NCBI GenBank assembly: GCA_963706595.1
Contig: OY970166.1
Location: 5,120,001-5,184,000 of the forward strand
Source: an uncultured cyanobacterium
Lineage (GTDB): Bacteria > Cyanobacteriota > Cyanobacteriia > Cyanobacteriales > Nostocaceae
Reading direction: 5' to 3'
Length of the DNA: 64,000 nucleotides
This document shows, piece by piece, positions 30,202 through 39,894 of this stretch (position 1 is the first letter of the stretch; every line of letters begins with the position of its first letter). The notes under the pieces are model-generated. The model made no database searches. It saw nothing but the letters and a program-made list of their open reading frames with translations, and was not told the DNA's origin. The translations under genes and the position numbers were made by a program.

Positions 30202-30537
30202 ATGCTTGATTTCAACGCCTTAGCTGAGTTCTCCCGTACAAACTGCACCAGCATTTGTGCATTTCTTGTCCCAGCCAACATAATTGCCACATCATTGACA
30301 ATTATCTTCACAGTACTGCGTCGCCCCATACATCAAGTGTGGAAATCTGTGGGATTTGCTACTATCTTCGCTTTAGTGATGGTACTGCACGTATTTACTT
30401 GGTTTATGATAGGCGTGGTAATGTTGCCTACTTATATATTGTTGTCCCTAGCAATCAGTTGTTTGGTGACTAATTTTGCAGCTATCCTTTGGCAAAAGTA
30501 CCAAGTTCGGAATCAGACTCAGACTCAAAGAGCTTAA
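30202..30537 (+). CDS. Small conserved cyanobacterial membrane protein
   Basis: SICAFLVPAN and HVFTWF.IGVVM.PT.IL hydrophobic motifs. Confidence 0.7.
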   Translation: MLDFNALAEFSRTNCTSICAFLVPANIIATSLTIIFTVLRRPIHQVWKSVGFATIFALVMVLHVFTWFMIGVVMLPTYILLSLAISCLVTNFAAILWQKYQVRNQTQTQRA

Positions 30538-30768
30538 AATCCGCGCATAAATCTTTATTTTTGGCTCTTAGGCAATAATTTGCCAGATTTCAGGATATCT
30601 AAAAATTAGGCGTTGCTGAACTTGAAGAGGAAATGCCAAAATTAAATTTCCTTAACTTTTGTTCTCTGCGCCTCTGCGCTTGGTACGTGTTAGCGGGCTG
30701 TAGCCCGAAAAATCTACATTCTCAATCAACAGCACGAAATTTTGCAGATTTTTGGATATTAATTCTTA

Positions 30769-30941
30769 GAGGATGTTTTAAAAGTTTTGGGCGAATATAA
30801 TTCGCTACTACACAAGCAAAGTCCACCTGCGTGGACTAATGAAAAATTCAGGTTTTTAACCCGCGCAGGCGGGTTTGGTTTGTATAGCCGCGACTTCCAG
30901 TCGCTAGGGCTAGTAATAAATTAGACTTTACAAACATCCTC
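30769..30941. mobile_element. 173-bp MITE with TTA target duplication
   Basis: Terminal inverted repeats GAGGATGTTT..AAAGT / ACTTT..AAACATCCTC; TTA on both sides; internal multi-hairpin cargo similar to 51345-51473. Confidence 0.8.
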
Positions 30942-33900
30942 TTAGGGAACTATACCTTTAATTGTATATGCTGCCCAGTAGTAAGGATGACTGTAAAGTT
31001 TCTTATTGGGAACCATTTTACTACTTCTATATAAATATGTTGCTAAATAAGCTTTAAGTTTTAATTCATCAGGATCTAAATTATTTAGGAGGTTTTCATA
31101 CCATTTTGTGAGTTCAAGGGCTGTTAGTTCTTTTAGCCATAATGTGGCTTCAGCTAAGGCTGTAACTGGTGATTTATTTGATTGTAGTCTTCTATAAAAC
31201 TCAATCATGACTAAAGCGTTAGCAGATGATTCTACAGTCCATAGGGTACTTACTATATGGGGTACTCCTCTACAGATAAAACCAATGGCTAAATCCATAT
31301 ATTCGGTGTTAATGTGCTGATTTTTAGTTCTCGCTGTTTCACAAGCGGAAAAAGTTACTAATTTGTAACTACTGAGGTTTCTTTGGGAAATTTCTTCTAA
31401 GGTTATTTGCTCTTCATCTACTAATGTCAAGGCAGATTTTTTCGGCTCACTGTAGTTGTTGATTACGCGCCCGGCAAAATGAAAAATATTATTATGATCA
31501 AATAAGGCATTTGCTACTTCATTTTTGGTAGCATTAGCTCCCTGGATGCGTTGGGGATGATTGAACATTTTGCTAATAATTTCAGATTCTAATTTAGCAA
31601 ATTTTAGTGGGGAAGAATTTGTGCTGTTGGGGTACTCGACACTAAGCAGTGTTTGATGTGGTAATTGCCATAGACTTTCTGCTTTGACAGACAAACCTTT
31701 TTGGACACTGGGCAAATAGCTAATGCTGAAATTACTTGTTAGTTCTGACTGAGACGGCGAAGAAGGATTAAAAAGAGTATGGAGAGGCAATCGATGTAAG
31801 TCGCGGTGGGGAATTAAAATTAGTTGGGTGATGTCTTCGAGTTCTTGTGTAATTGTGGAAATTTGCAGAATATTTTGCAGTTGCAACAGCTTTTCTGCCA
31901 TATCCACTCGCCAAACATGATTAATTTTACTATGTTGGTCTTGGGCTTGACTGAGATATTCTTGGTATTCCTGATGCCAATCTTCCAGCCAATCTTCAAA
32001 TTCAATTAAGCGTCTCACTGCTTCTGGTAAAGGTAATTCATGAGCAAGCTGGGCGTTTTTTTCTAAGTCTATTGTGACTACATTTTGTATGGGTGTAAAG
32101 AGTAAAATGGGTGATGGAGCTTGGTCTTTGATAATGAAGGTATGTAAGGCGACTGGGCTAATATGCCAGTAAATAATTGCTGTGTGGGGATTGAGGAGTT
32201 GCTGAACTGCACTGTAGTAGTGTGAGTAAATCTGTTCATGCCAATCAGATAGTAGCCAAGTTAAACAAGAATTTTTGCCCTGTTCTGCCATTTCCCAGGC
32301 TTCTACTAAGTCGCCGTACTCTACAGCTAAATCAACTTCTAATTGACCAATTCCGGCAAACTTAAGCGCTAGTTGTTTTTTACTTTCATCTGAACGGGTT
32401 GATTCAGTCAGTAGTTGTGCTAATAAATCGGCGGCTTGTTGCTGTACTTTTTGTGCTTGTGCTGTTTGACTTATACCTAAAAGTGCTTTAATCAGAGATT
32501 GCAAAACTTCTAAATGCAATTCGGTAAAATCGTCTGTTGTTAGGGTTAACAGCGCTTGATTGTACTCGGTTATGGCTTGATACCAATAATTACGCGATGT
32601 GGGATATTTCTTACCTCGTTCGTAGTAAGTATTGCCTTTTGCGATGTGCAGTCTACCCCAACCTTCTGGGTGGGTATCTGGGCGAATATGTTTCAAGCCT
32701 TCTGCATAGCTTGCTAGTTTACCCTCATAACCGCCCTGCTGCAAGGCAGAATTTTGTGTGGCGATGCTAGTTAAGGAATTTAATGGTGTTTGGGTGGATA
32801 AATGGCCAGCAGCCGTTCCTCGACCAATCCAAGCTTCCCAATAGTCAAGTTTAATTTGTAAGGCGTTGTCGTAGGTAACGATCGCTTCGGCAAATCTTTC
32901 TAAATGATACAGGGCTACTGCTTGATTGTACCAAGCTAAGTGAAAGTCGGGTTTGATGGCGATGGCGTTGTGGTAGGAGGCGATCGCCTCTTCTCTTTGT
33001 CCTAAGTTGTCTAAGGCTATACCCCGGTTATACCAAGCTAAATATAAATCTGGTTGTGTTGCTAGTGCTTGATCCCAGGAGGCGATCGCTTCTGACCAAT
33101 TGCCTAAATTAAATAAGACTACACCCCTGTCAATCCAGACTTCATGGAAATCTGGTTGAATTTCAATGGCTTGGTCGTAAGAGGCGATCGCTTCTGGATA
33201 TTGTTCACTGACCGCTAAAGCGATACCTCGGTAATACCAGTTTTCTGGGTCTTGTGGTTCCAGATGTAGGGCTTGGTCATAACTGGAAATGGCTTCACCG
33301 ATTTGTCCTAACTTCAACAGCGCTAAAGCTTTGCTAGAAAAAGCTTCTGGTTTATGAGGCTGAATTTCTATGGCTTGATCAAAAGAGATAATCGCTTCTT
33401 CAAATCGTCCTAATTCACCTAAAATCCCACCCCGGTTATACCAAGATTTGTAGTGATTGGGTTTGAGTGCTATGGCTTCATCATAAGAGGCGATCGCTTC
33501 GGTAAAATATTCTAAGTGAAATAAAGTTAAACCCCTGTTAAACCAATATTCAAAGGCATCAGGGTTCATGTCTATGGCTTGGTTATAAGATGCGATCGCA
33601 CCTAGCAAATCACCAGTTTTGGCTTGCTGAAGACCTTGATAAAACCAATCTTGCCCTTCAATATCAGGTTGAGCAGTCATAGCTGACATCTGGTTCATAG
33701 GTGACAGATTAGCAGCTAGCTGTGGAACTAAATTGGCACTCTGTTCCCACCTCACCAACGACTCATCCAAGGTATACGCTACATTCGGCTCCAAATTTGC
33801 CCAAGACTCATCCCCATTCTCAGGAGAAGATACTGTTGCGACTTCAGCTTCTTGTTCTTCCGACTCCCCTGAAAGTTCACTGAAATTGCCGATCACATTT

Positions 33901-34562
33901 TCGTCAGTCGGACTCAGAAGCGATGGGGCTGTGATTGCGGTTTCTTCAACTGCTGCATATTCCCAGACAATTTCCTCGTTATTCTCAGTCAATATTTCTG
34001 ACGGAGAATCAACAATTTGCGATCTGGCTGCGGTAATTTCAAATTCTGGGTCGTCAGACTCCCACAACAATTCGCCTAAGCTACGTATCAACTCCTGTCC
34101 TGGAGAGTCTAATGGGATCTCGAACATTTCCGGCGTTGCGGTTTCACTCTCTTCCTCCTCAGCCAGTTCTCCTGTCAACAACCGGATGCCAATATCGTAA
34201 GAAAGTTCACCAACCTTGCCAATTCCCAGTTCGCCTAGTTGCATCATCTGAGTTGCTAACTGATGATTTGGCGCTGGTGACAACAGCAATTTTTCGCCAA
34301 ATATCAATAGCCAATCTATCCACCGCTCAATACTGATGCGGTCTTCCATACGCTGTAGATACTCCAGCGCCCATTGTTGTCCTCGTCCTTGCTGTACACC
34401 TGCCAACAACTGGGTATATAAAACTTCCAGATCCCCATTAGTTAGCTCAGGTGGTGTTTGTGACACCTCCAGACCCCTCGCAGCCTTGAAAGAACGACTC
34501 TGCTTATTACCCACGGGGTGGTTTGAAAATTTGTTAAGCCAGTGCAATAGCTGCGTGAGCAT
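30942..34562 (-). CDS. TPR repeat + CHAT (caspase-like) domain protein
   Basis: About 9 TPRs; LILIPH..LH.LP, FSACET, STLW.V and HPYYWAA CHAT motifs. Confidence 0.9.
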   Translation of the reverse strand: MLTQLLHWLNKFSNHPVGNKQSRSFKAARGLEVSQTPPELTNGDLEVLYTQLLAGVQQGRGQQWALEYLQRMEDRISIERWIDWLLIFGEKLLLSPAPNHQLATQMMQLGELGIGKVGELSYDIGIRLLTGELAEEEESETATPEMFEIPLDSPGQELIRSLGELLWESDDPEFEITAARSQIVDSPSEILTENNEEIVWEYAAVEETAITAPSLLSPTDENVIGNFSELSGESEEQEAEVATVSSPENGDESWANLEPNVAYTLDESLVRWEQSANLVPQLAANLSPMNQMSAMTAQPDIEGQDWFYQGLQQAKTGDLLGAIASYNQAIDMNPDAFEYWFNRGLTLFHLEYFTEAIASYDEAIALKPNHYKSWYNRGGILGELGRFEEAIISFDQAIEIQPHKPEAFSSKALALLKLGQIGEAISSYDQALHLEPQDPENWYYRGIALAVSEQYPEAIASYDQAIEIQPDFHEVWIDRGVVLFNLGNWSEAIASWDQALATQPDLYLAWYNRGIALDNLGQREEAIASYHNAIAIKPDFHLAWYNQAVALYHLERFAEAIVTYDNALQIKLDYWEAWIGRGTAAGHLSTQTPLNSLTSIATQNSALQQGGYEGKLASYAEGLKHIRPDTHPEGWGRLHIAKGNTYYERGKKYPTSRNYWYQAITEYNQALLTLTTDDFTELHLEVLQSLIKALLGISQTAQAQKVQQQAADLLAQLLTESTRSDESKKQLALKFAGIGQLEVDLAVEYGDLVEAWEMAEQGKNSCLTWLLSDWHEQIYSHYYSAVQQLLNPHTAIIYWHISPVALHTFIIKDQAPSPILLFTPIQNVVTIDLEKNAQLAHELPLPEAVRRLIEFEDWLEDWHQEYQEYLSQAQDQHSKINHVWRVDMAEKLLQLQNILQISTITQELEDITQLILIPHRDLHRLPLHTLFNPSSPSQSELTSNFSISYLPSVQKGLSVKAESLWQLPHQTLLSVEYPNSTNSSPLKFAKLESEIISKMFNHPQRIQGANATKNEVANALFDHNNIFHFAGRVINNYSEPKKSALTLVDEEQITLEEISQRNLSSYKLVTFSACETARTKNQHINTEYMDLAIGFICRGVPHIVSTLWTVESSANALVMIEFYRRLQSNKSPVTALAEATLWLKELTALELTKWYENLLNNLDPDELKLKAYLATYLYRSSKMVPNKKLYSHPYYWAAYTIKGIVP

Positions 34563-34837
34563 CTGCCATACTCTTGGATTTTGTTTCTCCTAAATCATTG
34601 TAGCGATCGTTGTGTTCAAAAACTCATTTATTACGTAAAACCCACTGTTATTAAACCTGACTTCAACTATCTGCTTATAAAAAATATCCAAAACTTTTTT
34701 ATTTCCAGACTGGTGACTAGTACCGCAGGGATTTGGTCAAAAAGCTTATTATGTAAGCGTTTCATTGAGTTCAAATGGCTGTGCTATTTACGCCTAGCGG
34801 CACTAGGGACTAGGGATTAGGGACTGAAAAGTTTCTT

Positions 34838-34902
34838 CCCCCCTGCTCCCTGCTCCCTGCTCCCTGCTCTCTGCTCCCTGCTCCCTGCTCCCCACTCCCT
34901 GC
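34838..34902. repeat. STRR heptamer tandem repeat (CCCTGCT)n
   Basis: About 9 units. Confidence 0.9.
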
Positions 34903-34910
34903 TTCTTTCG

Positions 34911-35595
34911 TCAAGTCTGCTCTGTATTTGATTGAGTGGGAGCATGATATTGATTGATTAGTTCCTGAACAATCAGTTGTGGATCATCTGTCTCAAGTGC
35001 CAGTTGCTGGGCAATTTGCTGGCGTAAGTTCTGATCCTGCTCCAACATCATAAATAGCTCATCTAGAGTCACAGTTTGGGTTTCTCCCTCGTTGGGCAAA
35101 TTTTCTGGCTGACCTACTTCCTCTTCTATTGGCTGATCATTTTGAGATGATAAAGTTGTGTGGACTGCATCTGGCCCGTCATATTCCCATATTGGTTCGC
35201 CTTGATTGCGTGTCAACAACTGCATACCAATTTCATAAGCAACATTTCCCACTTCACCAACGCCCAGATCACCCAGTTGCACTAAGCGAGCCGCTAATTC
35301 ATTGTTAGGTGTGGGTGATGCTAGCAATCTTTCGCCAAAGCGCCGTAACCATTCTACCCAGCGTTCAGTAGAGACACGATGTTCAATATTATGTAGCCAA
35401 TTTTGCGCCCACTCTTGTCCTCTAGCCTGATGAACGCCTGCTATAAGTTCGGTTGAACAGAAATTCTAAGTCCGTATCACTCAGGGGTGGTGCTGGTTTT
35501 TCTGGCAGATCATCCCCCAGATTGGAGGAAGTTCGTTTCCCCCCAAACAAGCTGCGAATCAGACCTTTGAACCATTGAATTAGCCGCCTGAGCAT
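34911..35595 (-). CDS. Hypothetical protein paralogous to the N-terminal domain of the adjacent TPR-CHAT protein; +1 frameshift near 35454
   Basis: Joined frames read MLRRLIQWF...DLEFLF-TELIAGVHQARGQEW...ERWVEWL..FGE.LL.SP.PN..LA, colinear with the neighbour's N-terminus. Confidence 0.75.
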
Positions 35596-35823
35596 TTTTT
35601 TTGCACCTTGAGTATTGTTGACTAAAATGTGTAGACTAGAAATCTTGGGTTTGTTCTAGGGTATGACACATACATAACCCATGTACAAAAGTTTAACTAA
35701 ATCGCGTAATTCCCCACGGCTCTGTAGCCGGGAAATATAAGTGAGTCAAAAACAAAACGCCCTCTTGATGTTTGTCTACGCAGTAAAAAGAATCTTTGAG
35801 GATAGCACTGAAGTCTTCCATCC

Positions 35824-38800
35824 ATGTCTTACGAACCCCTCCACCATAAGTATCGCCCCAAGAGTTTTGCTGAACTGGTGGGACAAGAGGCGATCGCTAC
35901 TACCCTCACCAACGCGATCCGCACTGCTAAAATTGCCCCTGCCTATTTGTTTACAGGTCCCAGAGGTACGGGAAAGACTTCTAGCGCCCGGATTCTCGCT
36001 AAATCTTTAAATTGTCTCAACAGTGACCACCCCACTGCTGAACCCTGTGGAGTGTGTGATGTTTGTCAAGGCATCACTAAGGGCTATTCTCTCGATGTGA
36101 TAGAAATCGATGCTGCTAGTAACACTGGTGTTGATAATATCCGTGAGTTAATTGAAAAGGCACAATTTGCCCCTGTACAGTGTCGCTACAAGGTTTACGT
36201 GGTCGATGAATGTCTGACTGGAGATGCTCTGGTTTTAACTGATCAAGGACTCGTCAGAATTGATAACCCTAGCCTCAAGGGTAAGAAGGTGATGAGTTAC
36301 AACGACTCATCAGGCGAGTGGCAATTCAAGCAAGTTGTTAGGTGGTTAGATCAAGGAGAACGTCAAACGCTGGTTATCAAGACGAATAACCGAGAAATTA
36401 GATGTACGGGTAATCACTTAATCAGAACAGATCAGGGATGGATAGCAGCAAAAGACGTAAAAGAAGGAGCGAAGATACTATCTCCTGTGAATGTGGGTGC
36501 GGTACCCTCATTTATAAATTTGGTGTCGATGGACGCATCCGGCGATTCGTTAGCGGACACCAATTTAAAGGCAATACATCCGGGCAAAAATCTTACAATC
36601 TGGAATCTGTTCTTCAACAAGCTGAATTATTTAGACCTCTCTGTGCTTGCGGGTGTGGCGAAAAGCTTAATATCCCCACATTTTTACAAAAAAAAGGTAG
36701 GGGAATTGGCAGCATCCAGTCTCACTGGAAAAGACATCCATACAAAAAAGGACACGGAAATTGGGAACTCAGAACAGAAAAGTTCCTTGCCAATGCTGCG
36801 GTTTTACAACCAGATGCACTTGGACTTATCTATGGAACCTTACTGGGAGACGGCTCCATCTCTTACCCTAATAAATACAGCCGATTCCCCAGATTGTGCT
36901 GGACACACGCAGAAAAGCAGCAAGAATGGTTGGAATACAAAGCCAAGCGCCTTCAAGAATTACGTCCACAACTGCGAATTGCCATTAACAAAGGGTACGG
37001 AAACACCTCAGTTACCTGCAACACCGTTTGTCATCCCCAACTCAAAGATGTCTTTGAAATTGTCAAACCAAATGGGGATAAAAAACTTGTCTCTATGGAC
37101 TGGCTCAATCGAATTACCCCAGAGGGACTTGCTTGGTGGTTTTGCGATGATGGATCACTCAGCCTTACTCCACAAGGCAGTCCACAGATTCAATTGCATA
37201 CTGAAGGATTCTCTGTCACAGAAAATCAACTCATTGCTACTTGGCTTACCTCAATGGGATACCCAGCCGCAAGTAAGTCTTACACCAGAAGTAGTACAGG
37301 ACAGAAATACTACTACATCTGGATGGGGGCAAGAACCAGTAGACAATGGTTGGCAGACCTCAAACAATATTCAATCCCCTCAATGGATTACAAGTTTGGA
37401 GACAGTCGAATCTGTTCACCTCGCTGGAGTTGAACGAGTCTATGACATTGAAGTGGCAGATAATCACAACTTTGTCGCAAATGGGCTTTTGGTGCATAAT
37501 TGTCATATGCTCAGTACGGCGGCATTCAACGCGTTATTAAAAACATTAGAAGAACCACCGAAGCACGTAGTTTTTGTTTTAGCCACAACAGACCCGCAGC
37601 GAGTCTTACCAACGATTATTTCACGCTGCCAAAGATTTGATTTTAGACGGATTCAGTTGGAGGCGATGGTTAATCATTTAAGTGCGATCGCCTCTAAAGA
37701 AAGTATTAATATATCTCCGGATGCTGTCACCTTAATCGGTCAAATTGCTCAGGGAGGATTGCGAGACGCGGAAAGTCTACTGAGATCAATTAGCTTTGAC
37801 TGTGGGTGAAGTAACTCCTGACAAAGTTTGGGATTTGGTCGGTTCGGTGAGTGAACAAGACTTAATTGCATTATTGAAGGCGATCGCTCAAAATAACCCA
37901 GAAGGAGTTTTAGATTGTAGCCGGAAAATCCTCGATAGTGGCAGGGAACCGCTAATTATTCTGCAAAACCTCGCCGCTTTATACAGAGATTTGCTCATAG
38001 CACAAACAGCAGCTAATCGCCAGGATTTAGTGACTTGTACTCAGCAAACCTGGACAGCGTTGCTTGAATTGTCCCAAAAACTCGACATGAGTACAATTTT
38101 GCGGGGACAGCAACACCTACGCACAGCAGAAATGCAAATCAAAAATACCACCCAGCCCCGCTTATGGTTGGAAGTAACACTACTAGGATTATTGCCGAGT
38201 GCAAATGTTCAAACCCAAGCTGCAAGCACACCTCAGCGAGTAAATACGCCGGCTGTAGCTCCAAATTATTACCCAGTTGCTGCTGCACCACCTCAGCCCA
38301 CAAATCACAATCCCACAGTTAACCCAGTATCTGCACCTCAGCCTACAAATCACAATCCCACAGTTAACCCAGTATCTGCACCTCAGCCCACAAATCACAA
38401 TCCCACAGTTAACCCAGTATCTGTACCTCAGCCCACAAATCACAATCCGGTTCATCCCACCCCAACCACATCAGAACCTCAAACTCAAGCACCAGCACCT
38501 GTAAATAGTGAACCTGCATATCCACAGGAAGTTACTACACAATCAGAGTATGACTTAACTCAAGTTTGGCAGCAGGTCTGTATGAATATTCAGATGCCTT
38601 CTCGGCAAGCTTTACTGGGTCAAATGTGCCAGATTACAGAGTTTAACGGCAACGTGGTTCGTATTGCTGTCAAAGGCGCTTGGTTAGACACACTTAAATC
38701 TGATCTACCAGTGATTAAGGCTGCTTTCCAGCAGATTTTTCAGCGCGAAATCCAGGTTTATCTGGAAAAAGGAAATTCTTCTACTTCTAAATCAACAAGA

Positions 38801-39154
38801 ACAAATCCTCAACCACAAAATCCTACTCCCGTTCAGCAACCACCAGCACCCAACTACAATCAGCAAATTCAATCTTTCACACCGACGCTTCCAGCTACAC
38901 AAACACCAACACCAGTCGCAACACCAGCAAAAACCGAATCAACGACGAGTGCAGCTAGGATACAAACCTTGCCTTCGCGAACAACGCCAACGCCTCTGGC
39001 TGATTGGGAAACCGATGAAGTGGAGAATGCCGCCCAAAATCTAGCAAAGTTCTTCAATGGGCAAGTTATCCGCCTCACAAACGATGGAATAGATTCGCCT
39101 GAATCTGTGACTACATCTGAGGGCTTGGATGAACCAGAAATTGATGATGATTAA
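35824..39154 (+). CDS. dnaX: DNA polymerase III subunit gamma/tau with intein; +1 frameshift near 37782
   Basis: KYRP, GPRGTGKT, EIDAAS, DE|C-HML and SRCQ motifs; removing one base at about 37782 restores ESLL-DQLAL and joins the 37796-39154 ORF. Confidence 0.95.
36211..37500 (+). mobile_element. DnaX intein, 430 aa
   Basis: Starts CLTGD after the Walker B DE; block B CTGNH; blocks F/G VYDIEVADNHNFVANGLLVHN followed by Cys. Confidence 0.95.
36438..37433 (+). CDS. LAGLIDADG homing endonuclease encoded in the -1 frame inside the intein
   Basis: Two CxCGCG repeats, LIYGTLLGDGS and GLAWWFCDDGS motifs, LHTEGF and C-terminal MDYK. Confidence 0.9.
   Translation: MDSSKRRKRRSEDTISCECGCGTLIYKFGVDGRIRRFVSGHQFKGNTSGQKSYNLESVLQQAELFRPLCACGCGEKLNIPTFLQKKGRGIGSIQSHWKRHPYKKGHGNWELRTEKFLANAAVLQPDALGLIYGTLLGDGSISYPNKYSRFPRLCWTHAEKQQEWLEYKAKRLQELRPQLRIAINKGYGNTSVTCNTVCHPQLKDVFEIVKPNGDKKLVSMDWLNRITPEGLAWWFCDDGSLSLTPQGSPQIQLHTEGFSVTENQLIATWLTSMGYPAASKSYTRSSTGQKYYYIWMGARTSRQWLADLKQYSIPSMDYKFGDSRICSPRWS
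38291..38448 (+). repeat. 45-nt coding tandem repeat (PQPTNHNPTVNPVSA) x3.5 in the DnaX linker
   Basis: Units start at 38291, 38336, 38381 and 38426 (partial). Confidence 0.95.
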
Positions 39155-39297
39155 TAATTATTATTATTTTCTAGACAGTGCAAGATAGAAAAGATCAAAA
39201 TTCATCCAAAACACCGAGGAACATAGAATAGTTCAGACTCGTCTACAAATACAGACTGTTGAGATAAATAATTGCTTAGTCGGGGGCATCAATAATT

Positions 39298-39732
39298 ATG
39301 AATGTTCTTAAGCTGCTTACACCCGCAGCTTTGGTAATGAGTTTGTCCTTGACTGAGGCTAGTTTAGCTGAAGTCCCACGGGTGCAAATTCAACCTGATT
39401 TAAAGTCAGAAACACTAGTCTTAAATGGTACGTCAGGAGGAAAAGTTGCCAGTAATTGCGGCAATATTGGTAATACACCCAATCAAATTATCCAGTTAAC
39501 CAAGCCACTGCCTTACTTACGTTTAACAGTTGAGAGTCTTGGACAGCCTACACTGCGAATTGATGGGCCTGGCGGCAGTTTTTGTGTTTTGTCAGATAAT
39601 TACTCTGAAATCAATCCAGAAATTACTGGTTATTATATGCCAGGAGAATACAAAGTATACGTAGGTGAGTTATCTCAAAATCAGTATAAATATACCCTTT
39701 CAATTTCGCAACAAAAGCAGCCGAGCAATTAG
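39298..39732 (+). CDS. Secreted hypothetical protein with PPC-like beta domain
   Basis: Signal peptide; PTL.I.GP...C....PG.Y.VYVG...Y.LSIS pattern. Confidence 0.65.
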   Translation: MNVLKLLTPAALVMSLSLTEASLAEVPRVQIQPDLKSETLVLNGTSGGKVASNCGNIGNTPNQIIQLTKPLPYLRLTVESLGQPTLRIDGPGGSFCVLSDNYSEINPEITGYYMPGEYKVYVGELSQNQYKYTLSISQQKQPSN

Positions 39733-39756
39733 TTGCGGTCGGCAAGAACGGCAATT

Positions 39757-39892
39757 AAGTAAGTCGGTGCAGTAAAACCAAACTATGTAAACAAAAGTAA
39801 ATAAGGCTCAAACTCTTTCTCCCCCTTCTCCCTGCCCCCTGCCCCCTGCCCCCTGCCTTATTGCAACAATAATTATTTACGCCGACCTACTT
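39757..39892. mobile_element. MITE carrying a (CCCCTGC)n STRR
   Basis: Imperfect terminal inverted repeats AAGTAAGTCGGTGCA / TACGCCGACCTACTT. Confidence 0.65.
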
Positions 39893-39894
39893 GG

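Noticed and set aside
37770..37810. Programmed gamma/tau frameshift at the dnaX break
   Set aside because: No slippery sequence is present and the break falls inside the clamp-loader core, far upstream of where gamma would end; a sequencing error is more likely.
38291..38448. Possible CRISPR array
   Set aside because: Contiguous 45-nt units with no unique spacers, in frame within the DnaX Pro-rich linker.
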